Shown here: in pieces, positions 51,480-62,200 of the stretch | Numbering within the stretch: position 1 is the stretch's first letter | Layout of the letters: every line of letters begins with the position of its first letter | Assembly (NCBI GenBank): GCA_011109175.1 | Contig: RDEW01000008.1 | Span: 326,588 to 390,587 of the forward strand | DNA: 64,000 nucleotides | Source: Dicyema japonicum | Lineage: Eukaryota > Animalia > Dicyemida | Direction: 5' to 3' | Translations under genes and position numbers: made by a program | Notes under the pieces: model-generated | Told to the model about the DNA's origin: nothing | The model's input: only the letters and a program-made list of their open reading frames with translations | Databases searched by the model: none

Positions 51480-54400
51480 CTCAGAGAATTTGACACAGTA
51501 AACGTGAGAAAAGAACCTGAAAAGAATGTTCCCACTTCGAAGAAAAAGGTACCAGCCAAGTCAACTGAGATGTGTTCGTCCTGTCGGCTTGTCACAACTC
51601 GGAAGCATGGGATCTCCTGCTCTGCTTGTGGAGATTTCTTCCACCTCGGGTGTATCAAGCTATCACAAGCCGCAGCGAGCGTGCTTGGAATATGGCAGTG
51701 CCAGTCATGTCTCGGCCTATGCAGGGAGGTTCCCCGTACCACATGCCAATGTTAACTCTCCCGTTAATTACCCATCAACCACGAACTCTGAAACATTCCT
51801 ACGTTCTTCACGGACTATCCCTGTGAGGATTAAGGCCAGTCGCCGCGGAGGGGCTTTCCAAAACGATCGAAGATGCCCTCCGGACTAACGCAATGCCAAT
51901 GTTAACTCTCCCGTTAATTACCCATCAACCACGAACTCTGAAACATTCCTACGTTCTTCACGGACTATCCCTGTGAGGATTAAGGCCAGTCGCCGCGGAA
52001 GCGCTTTCCAAAACGATCGAAGATGCCCTCCGGACTAACGCAGTACATGATTGGATGCGCTTATTTAGTTTTGCGCCTTCCGCACTGGGACTTGATCGAG
52101 ATGGTCACAGAAAGGAGTCTCTCGCTACCATCATGAGGACCAACATTCGTTCTTTTTTGGGAGGTATCCACATCCCCAGTCGTCCGATTCTCCTCGCAAT
52201 ACGGAATTTTGCCCCTAGTAGCAGTGGCGGGCTCGACGGAATGATACCTGGCTACCTGAAGGATCTAACCTCTTTGTCCGTAAGAGAACAGGGACTTCGT
52301 CTTACGAATTCAATTACTTCACTTATGAATCGGATCATATCTGGAGTTCTTCCCGAAGTTATCCTACATGTTCTGTTCTCCGCCAATTTGATAGCCTTTG
52401 ATAAGAAGGGAGGCGGAGTACGACCAGTTGCGGTCGGGTTTGTCTACAGAAGACTGGCTACTAAAATTGCCTCCAGACATTCTATTCCACTCGTCACAAA
52501 ATTCTTGAACCACCACTCAAGTAGGCGTCGGTATTCACTTGGGATGCGAGGCCGCTGTCCATTCAGTGAGGATATTCATAAACCACAGTATAGAAGATTC
52601 CCGGGGACATGTCCTGGTCAAACTGGACATCAAGAATGCCTTCAATAGTCTAAGGAGGGACAATATCCTGGAAACGTGTGTTGAGAGATTCTCCAATATT
52701 TTCGAATTTGAGAATCAGTNGTATTCGCTTGGGATGCGAGGCCGCTGTCTATTCAGTGAGGACATCAATAAACCGCAGTATAGAAAATTCCCGGGGACAT
52801 GTCCTGGTCAAACTGGACATCAAGAATGCCTTCAATAGTCTAAGGAGGGACAATAACCTGGAAAAGTGTGTTGAAAGATGCTCCAATATTTTCGAATTTG
52901 TGAATCAGTCATATAGCATACCTTCATCCTTACTTTTCAGGGAATACCTAATCCATTCCTATTCTGGAGTCCAACAGGGAGATCCCCTTGGACCTCTATT
53001 GTTTTGTCTTGCAATAGAGAAAATCACCAAACTTCTGTGCTCGCCCCTCAACCTATAATATCTAGATGATGCAGTCCTCAGAGGACCCATGGATACTGTT
53101 TTCTGGGATTTTGAAGTGATAATTCCAGTGCTGTTGGAAGCTGGACTGGATTTAAATTAAACTAAATGCGAAATCTACAATTGCGGACTTTCAGAAGAGA
53201 AATATTCGAAAGCTTTGTTATGTTTCGGAAATTGACTGCCTGAAAGTATTTTTACAGACCATGAAGAACTTATATTTCTCGGATGCCCAATCACCATAAA
53301 TGCAATGGGAAGAGCTATACGTGAAAAACGACTGTTACTCGAAGAGACTCTGAACCACTTTTGTCTACTTGACATGTATACAGCATNGGACTTTCAGAAA
53401 AGAAGTATTCGAAAGCTTTGTTATGTTTCGGAAATTTACTGCCTGAAAGTATTTTCACAGATCATGAAGAACTTATATTTCTCGGATGCCCAATCACCAT
53501 AAATGCAATGGGAAGAGCTATACGTGAAAAACGACTGTTACTCGAAGAGACTCTGAACCACTTTTGTCTACTTGACATGTATACAGCATTATTCCTCCTG
53601 AAAAACAGTCTCAACGTACAGAGGCTTGCATATGTCCTGAGGACTGCTCCCTATTTCACCCAGTGTGATCAACTCGCACATATTAACGAGATCTTCCGTA
53701 CGAAAGCGGAACGTATCTAAAACGTCCGGTTCGAGGATTACTAATGGAAGCAAGCTACGCTTCCAGTAAGACTCGGATGACTTGGAATTCGGAACCCTGT
53801 GGACCTTTCTCTCCCTTCATATCTATCATCGCTAGTGGCCTGTAACTCCCATGTCAAGAGGATTCTACACTCTCTACCTGAATTCTATATTGACAAAGAC
53901 GCCGGCCATGCTCGTGAGGCTTGGAGCCGCACTTATCAGCTTTCCCTGCCTTCCTCGTTCTCTCACCTGGGCTTGGACGATGCTATAAGTTGGAATTCTT
54001 TACAAAAAAAGTGCAGGCAGATTTCCTAGACACATGGCCTTGAACAAAGTCGTTAGGCGAGGTTTGGACGCCGCTGGACACCCCTCCATGCTCGAACCTG
54101 TCGGTATTTGCAGGCGGGATGGGAAATGACCAGATGGGATGACAATCTTTCCTTTTGAAGCCGGGAAACCTCTTGTCTGGGACGTTACCTGCACCGACAC
54201 ATTTGCCTCTTGCAACCTACTCCAGAATGCCTCTGGAGCCTGTTCTGCCGCTGAGAAGGCCGAGAAGATGAAACGGGAAAAGTACGCGGTCCTACCCAAG
54301 GATTTTTTTGTTTGTTCCACTCGCCGCTGAGACGTCTGGTTCCCTTGCGCTTGCGACGCTGGAATTTTTAAGTCGTCTAGAAAATCGGATCGCTACACGA

Positions 54401-54935
54401 ACAAAAGACCCCTGTGAGAGCTGCTGGTTATTTGAGAAAATTTAATTTATTTAACCTCAAGACCACCAAGAAAGATAAGCCAAAACTAATTAGGTGATCC
54501 AAGCCTCCAACAACATCTGAACTCTCTTCATTTGGTCTTCTGATGATCCAACCACATTCCGGAAGCGCCTTCTCTCCCTACCGCAAAGGAATTCAATCGG
54601 CGTGCACTTTTCTTATTTCCAACCGAAATTCCTCTGCATGGGGAACTTTTTCTCTGAGTGGGTTTCCCAGTTCCTTGCAGAAACATAGGAAACCCTGGCC
54701 ATTCTTCAACGTTGCCTCATCAGAATCGAGGCCACCAATTGGGATGTCCGTGTGGTGCATAATTTTCCGCCTGAGGGAGTTCAAACGGTCCACTCTCGAA
54801 GAGTCGCTAGGCGAGTTTTGTAGCCGCGAGATTTGAGGAATACCCTCGCTATCCTTAGAGGGAATAGCCACGCAGTCAGGGCAGCCGCTATATAACCGTT
54901 TACTCTCTTTTTTTACATAAATAAATCATTTATGT
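51480..54935 (+). mobile_element. Near-complete CRE-like retrotransposon: PHD + RT + RLE, interrupted near its 3' end
   Basis: PHD at 51573-51710, then SSGGLDG..PG.LKD, KKGGGVRPVAVG..RRL, GCEAAVH, KLDIKNAFNS, GVQQGDPLGPLLF, LDD, *PDG..LVWDVTC.DT and PLAAETSG. Resumes SLAILRGN at about 54844 after a LINE insertion. Confidence 0.88.
54446..54843 (-). mobile_element. I/Jockey-group LINE 3' fragment inserted in the CRE-like element
   Basis: Ends LLEAWIT* with the shared 3' UTR; splits FEKI|SLAILRGN of the host element. Confidence 0.7.
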
Positions 54936-54939
54936 AAAA

Positions 54940-57470
54940 AATTAACTATCATAAATGTCTATGCACCACACTACGGGCGAGTAATCAAAAACCTCGGTGA
55001 GCTCGAGGAATTCTATTTAGAACTATCAAGCACATATTAGAATAATGCGTCCTTGTCCCTTGTCTTTGTTGCGGGGGATATGAATTCAACGGCCGGAATG
55101 CAAATAGGACCCGAAAAATCCTCTATTGTACGACACGGGTGCGGAAGGAGAAATGTATCTGGAGCCTCTGTGAACTTTTGCGAGGCAAATACCGTATTCC
55201 TGTGCAACACGGCCTTCACACACTCAGCTCGCTACAAGACTACATGGCACGAACAAAGAAAAAACTCAGTCGGGAAGACCGTAAATATATACAATCAAAT
55301 CGACTACATTATCTGCCGAAAGTCTGATAAACACCTGATAAATGATGCACGTTCTTACCAGGGGACAACAACTTACAGCGACCATAGGATTATTATTGCT
55401 GTACTGTCTATAATAAAGCCCTTGATGGGAAAAAAATATATTGAAAACGCGAAGACGGCGATACAAAGACCCAATATATATTTTCAGACAGAAAAATTGT
55501 GGTTAGAGCCCACCTGTAGGGCTAAAAATCACGAACAAATCGAGACTCTCATGGAGATAACCGTACCTGAATCATCAGTACGAACTCTGTGAGATCAACC
55601 AAAGCAGGTAATCTCCAAGTCAGCTGATATATGCCTTGGAGTTCCCAATCATCACGCTCTAAAATTAGATCACCACCCTAACGTGCCAGATATGGCAAAG
55701 CATTGCAGAGAGCTAAGGTTAAAAGCTACAAGCACTTCAGACGAGAGTATAAAAAAGAGCTTAAATTCAAAAAAGGGAACTAAAATAGGGAATCAAAAAG
55801 ATGAACAACATTTACGGGAAATTATTACATCCCTATTAAAAGATGTGGAATGCCTAGAAGACAAATAAAAGACGGCTACTGCAGACAAAGAAAGGACAAA
55901 ACATCCTTCACATCAAAGACAAAAAAGGAAAATTCGTGGGTAACCCAGAAAAAAAGCCGAATTGCACGTTACTTTGAAATGTTGCTGAATACAGACAATA
56001 AGGAATTTCCCTCTTTACATGGAGAACCGAGGGCATTATTGATTGTAATCACAGTGGAAGAAGTTGAATCATCTCTAAATAAACTGAAGAACAACAAGAG
56101 TGCTGGGTCAAACAACATAAGCCCTGAGCTTTTAAAATATGGGCCAAAAAACTTAGTGAAACAATTGTAAAAACCTAAATAACATCTTTAAAACTAATAC
56201 CGATCTAGGACATGGAAATGGATTATTATTACTTATACAAAAACAGGACAAATCAAAAGGACTAGTAAAAAAATTCCGCCTGATCATACTTCTGAACTCG
56301 ATATGCAAGGTGCTGGCAAACATGGCACTATGCCGGACCTATCAGCAAGTCAAAATGGGTTCCGTATATGGAGCCATAGATGGCGCTGTACAACGGACCG
56401 CAACTACAGTGTTGGGAATAGGTCTTTCCAGAGCTTTTGACTCAATAAACAGACAGAAACTGATGAATGTGCTTGAGCAAATATTGGATGAATCGTCGGT
56501 TAGGATAATCAGACTACTACTTGCGAATACAAGACTATCTGTGAGGACAGAAAGAGCAACTTCCCGTAGTTTCAAAACAACGATTGGGACACCCCAGGGT
56601 GATTCTCTCTCCCCTTTACTATCCACCATATGCCTTAAATCTGCACTCCGCGACCTCCGTAAATGCTATATAGGAGACATAGAAGAGACATCTTATGTGG
56701 ATGATGTGAATTTCGTATAACGGGACCGCACTCCAACACATACTAGAAAATGCACTTGCGGAGCTTGAGAAATGGTCTCTCAGCGTAAATGTTAACAAAA
56801 CTGAAATTACTGAAATCAAAATAGAATACGATATTACTCATGTAAGATGGAGACGTACTAGTAAGCTCGGCTCTCTACTATGAGACGCTGAAGATGTACT
56901 AAGGAGAAAAAAATGGCAAATGCGTCAATGGCTAAACTGAGGAAAGGATGGCTAAGAGCGAAAAGACTTGGAATTGACATCAGATGCAGGCTTTACAATG
57001 CCTTTGTGAAACCAATTCTACTGTACAACGCTGGGACATGTGGAAGTTCCTTTAACGAACTATTGAAACTGGATTCGTTCCATAGAAGACAAAAAGAATA
57101 TTACTCAGAATGGAGTGGCCACGTAGAATATCAAGCAGTGGTATTTACAACAAGTGTATGTGTTCATACATCAGGAAGGATGCGATAGATGCTCGGTGGA
57201 GGCTATTTTGACATGTATTAAGAATGAACCCGGATGCACCCGTTAACAAAGCGATGGAAGATTATTTTGACAGTTGCGACAAACCCTCCCGTGGACGACC
57301 TAGATTGACACTTCCGACAGCCTTAAACAAAGATCTAAATCTTGTGAGAAAAAATCTAAAGACGGGGGACGACCTGGACGAATTGAGATCATTAGCATTC
57401 GACAGAGGAAGATGGAGGAGATTAACTCTAAATATTGTTTCTATGAGTGTTCCACATGCGGGGCTATAAA
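54940..57470 (+). mobile_element. RTE-clade LINE, degenerate, endonuclease to 3' end
   Basis: INVYAP, VAGDMN, NQIDYII, SDHRII, LSRAFDSI, GTPQGDSLSP, YVDDVNF and RGRPRLT. Confidence 0.9.
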
Positions 57471-57489
57471 CATTATGGCTTTCGTGAAA

Positions 57490-58830
57490 GTGCCATAATG
57501 GTAAATTTATCCCACTCAGGATCCCAAGGTCGGCGCATCTAACAGCTGCCTCCCGTCTTTAAAGCTAATCTCGAGAAAAGTCGATGACAATACTCAAGAT
57601 GCCCGGATGCGCTTTCTTTACTATGAGCCTCTTGTCCTCGGATCACATTCAACCGAACTGAAAGAAGGGAACTTCAATTCAATCATCAAGAGAAATGCCT
57701 CTAAATACGGAACTGTTAACCAGGAGACTCCACTGGGAAGTCATTCGATTGGTGATCATTCGCCTTCATCGTCTAGGATCAAGAAAGACAAGTGGGATAT
57801 ACGCAAAGAAGTGAATAAGAAGGTAATGGTCAAGGACATTTGTGGTGCCCTGCCTACGCTTTCAAGCAATGATAAGGTTCTTTCACTAACTAAAGAAATC
57901 CTCGAGCTCATCATCCAAAAACAACCACTCGCCCACTCGGATCTACGCGAGACAGAAATTGGGAAGGACATTCTACATTGGCAACCACCACAGGTGCAGC
58001 AGTGCTGGCTTGGACGGCCTACGTCCGAGCCATATAACGGATTGGACGCTGAACCAGTACTATGCATGGCTCGGGAAGTCTGGACGTGACTGAGTGTTGG
58101 ATTCCTGAAGAACGCTAATAAACAACGAGAATGGGACAAGTTTTTATGCTCCAAGATCATAGACAAGATAAAACCTGTGTTTGATCAGCATCGTTTGGCT
58201 TCGGCATCGACGAACGAGAGTGGAGCCTGCTCGAAGCACTTGGGACACTATTGGATGACGACGCGACGAGGATTCAGTCCGCCTCGGATGTGGAGGAATG
58301 GCCGACTTGAGAGGTCTTTGCCTTCTTTCTTGCCGGAGGAGTGCTGGAAAAAGTCCAAAGTACGCTGCAATCAACGAAGTTATTACTTGGGGGCTTGAGG
58401 CTGCTAGATTTCCTGTCAAATTAGAGCCGCTTGGACTTGCTCAAGCCAACCGAAGACCGGACGGAGCCACTCTATTCCTATGGGAAAGTGATAAATATCT
58501 TGCCTGGGATGCCACCTGTGTCGATAACCTCTCTCCCTCCAACCTTGTTGTGACAGCAACTAACCCAGAGTCTGCTTCGGAGAAGGCTAAGACCATAAAG
58601 TTGAAGAAATACGCATGTCTTGATAAGAAGTTTATTTTTGAACCAGTCGCCGTGGGAACCTCATGTAACATAGAAAACAGGTTACTGGTCCTGCTAAACA
58701 TAATCGGCTACCTCATCGCCAGGAAAAAAATGATAGGTGAGAAAGGAGCTGGCTCATTGAACGCATTTCTTTGCAAATCGTCAGGGGAAATGCGTTCTCA
58801 ATTATAAGAGGAGCCAGCAGTTGTTAACTT
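57490..58830 (+). mobile_element. CRE-like element, internally deleted
   Basis: RRPDGATLFLW..LAWDATCVD, KKYACL..FEPVAV and IVRGNA. Confidence 0.75.
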
Positions 58831-58839
58831 TTTTTATTT

Positions 58840-59140
58840 ATTTAACCCAAGAACACCAATAGTTAATTTAATTGTATTAAACTAATTAGGTGATCCCGGC
58901 CGCCTCCATCAGGTCTCTCATCTTTTTCCAGTGGACCTTCCGAGATCCAACACAGCTTCTCTGAGGACGGGAGGGTTTTGAAAGAAAATTAAGAGGGGTG
59001 ATGTAGAGTCTTCTAGTAAGACCCAATCCATTGGAGCATTGTAGGAAGTTGGATTTTCGGCACAGAGCGGCGAATCCCTTCCCATTTTGTCCGATAAGGT
59101 CTTCCAGAGAGGTGGGTTTGAGACTGACTGTTCTCACGAG
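58840..59140 (-). mobile_element. I/Jockey-group LINE 3' end
   Basis: ORF ends KMRDLMEAAGIT* plus the shared 3' UTR. Confidence 0.7.
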
Positions 59141-59250
59141 CTTGCCAGTTGTTAACTTAGTTTTTGCGTTAATAAAATTAGTTTATAATAAAAAATATTA
59201 AATTTAATTAATTAATTTTGGCGCGGATATTGAATAACTTCTTAGTTAGC

Positions 59251-62200
59251 ATGCTTTTTTTAATTATCAAAATTTCTAATCCATTGGGAAGGATGTTGAT
59301 AAACTCAGGAATTTTAGTAGATGCCAAAAATAATATCACATGTATTCTATTTTATTTATATTTAGCCAAGACACAGTCTATTATTCGTCATTAAGCGTCA
59401 TATATGAGAAATTTAGAAAAATCAGAGATTAATAAAATTAAGTTTTATATATAAAAATTGTCATCTCTGGAAAATTTGTATTTTTAATCTAAACAATTTA
59501 GATTTGTCTATTTAGTTTCACCTCTGAAGGTTGAACTGAATTACTTAAACGAATCTCAAAATTTGCTACGACTTTTGTTATCTGCTCAAAAATTTTAGGT
59601 TTTCATATTTAGTTGAGCATTAGACTACGATAATATCAATTATAATCCAAAAATTCGAGCAGCCACAAAACTTTGACGAAAACTCTGAAAACTTGAATTT
59701 TTTAATAATCCTACTAAACCAATTAAAATGGCTAAAATATCATTTTCTAGAGATTCAGGTATTCAAAATTTCTCATTTCAAGCTTCTAATTGTATATTTT
59801 GTAACCAATTTGATTCAGAACTGTCAGTTTAGACTTTTGGAAGCCCTTTTATCTTCTCTACCAGAGATTTTCTTCACTTTTAAGCCAGAAATCCTATCAA
59901 GTCAACAATACAGATGTTTGTTGACTGACATTTCAACGTAAATGGTTAAAGTACATCATTTGAGAATACGAGATCGAATACAAAACGTTCAGGTCTTACT
60001 GGACTGCCTTCAGTCTATCCCTCTATCAGGAAATGACTTTTATGAACGGGTTTTGTCTAATTTGATATAACTAGATAATTCCCCAAGTTATTGATATTAC
60101 TTTGAGATATCATCGAGATCTTAAACATCTATTTTGCTCTGTTTCGGCCTCTTTGGATACTAACTGTTCGGAATCTGTCAAAATTATCGAGAATTTGCGG
60201 ATTGCTCTTATTACCATTTTCAGGAGGAAGGAAAATACTTATTTACCCAAGGGGAGGTCAACGTATGATGATATGTCAGATGATTTGAATATTGGATTAG
60301 AACTTATGGAGGCTGTGAAAAAAAAAATTTCATACAAAAATATATTTTGTGAAGTTTTTATGAAAATTTTTTATTCTTTTCTAATGAAAAATGAATTTGA
60401 TTTCTTTATTTTACTAATATTCTATTCTCAAAGCCACAGAATTCCTCATGCAAACCTTTTATCTAAATTGAATCGACTTTTGAAGATATGTGTCGCAGAA
60501 AACCTTTTTTCCGACTGTTTTGACGTTTATTTTAGTTCCTTAAAATATTTATGGTCCTCCTTAATTGAGTTCGCTGATACGTTTTCGAGTTCGGTTCACT
60601 TTCCTTACATTTATGCCGAACTTTTGTTGGCTTCTGAGAATGATGACATTCTCAAAGCATCTGTTTTGGAAAACATTTTTATTTCCATCAAAAATGGAGG
60701 TGTAAAGATTGTTGTAGAAAACCACCTGTTTGTGATTGAAAAATTTGTAAATTCTGTCTTGTCTTTGAACTGTTTATCTATTTATTTTAATGATTTGATG
60801 ACCTTACTCGAAAACAGAACATATACGACTTTGCTGTTCTCTATCATTTCAATATTTTGCGTGAATTTGTACTATAATGATAAAGACACTAAATTTACCG
60901 TTAAATTCAATAATTTTATCCTCAATCGTCTCCTTTCTTCCCAACCAGCTTCTGGATCATTTTTGTACGGCATACAAGCTACAGTCAAAATTTTATCAGA
61001 CTTCATAAGGTTTACTGTTAAAAGTGGATTTAGTCATTATTACCCCCCTGATGATATCATCTGTGTTTGGAATCTGTTTGATGATGTAATTTCCTTCTCT
61101 CTTATTTGTGAAGTTGGTTTCATTGCATTTGCTGATCAATTGACTAATAGTATTTCCAAAATATGACAATATTCTGATAACAAAGTACTTTTTGGGTTCA
61201 CTTTGTTTGCTGGAAAGGTCGAAGGCTTTGCTAGGATTCTATTCAAGGAGAAGATGCTCATAAAATCCTCCGACAATTTTCGTTCCATAGAAAATGTTGA
61301 TTATGAACTGAAATTGACTTCCCATATGTTATTGGGATTTTTATTTGTTTAGAGAATCTGTCCTGCCCAGTTGGGTTGGTTTATTGTTTGAATTATCCGT
61401 CGCTAAGCAGACATTGGACGATTTTGTGAGAAATGTGGCAGGTTTGGAGGAAATTTTATTTTGCAATGGGATTCTCATGGAATGATGTTTGTGAGGACTG
61501 CAGTGACCAAGCCAGGCGTATTTTAAATTGTCTAAATTGTTGCATAGAGGTTATATGCATATTCTATTACTAGTCACTTAACTTTATGGCAAAATGCTAT
61601 AATTATGGAATTTTATCAATTGATTATTTTTACAAACGGATGGATTCCATTGTCGACCTATTGACTCGTTTCACTCATCTGTGGCAGAACGGGGAATCAC
61701 TTACAAATACAATTGTTAGAATTGACTGTTCTTGTGTTCTCGATAAACACAAGAATATCTCTCAACATTTTGAAACAGTTTAGTGTTGTGAGTAAGTTCT
61801 AAGGACTCACAGTTTGATGGAAATTGCAACAGACTGGCTATTCGGGCTCTTATTGGTTCCTATACTACATTTGCCTTTAGGTATATTTATGATTATTGTA
61901 GAAAAGTCAGTGAGGATGTTTATTGTCTCTATTTTGCAAGATTTTTGGTTTCGTTTGTCTTTATTTTGTAAGGATGATGTGGTCAAAGGAAAAGAGTCGT
62001 TTCCTTGTTTTCTTAATGAATTTCTTATTGGTATTTTGTATAAGCAGTTGTTGTTTATAAAAGTTATGTGTAATTTAATTTTAGACAAAAAACAACCTTT
62101 CAAGTAATTTAAATAATATTTTAATTAATTTTATTTGTGTATATTATCGACAATTGGTATTATTATTTGTTACAATTTAGATTGACAATGATAGGGAAAA

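Noticed and set aside
43078-51755. Stand-alone host PHD-finger genes (43078-43341, 46233-46496, 51426-51755)
   Set aside because: They are intronless, repeated and continuous with CRE-type RT sequence, so they belong to retroelements.
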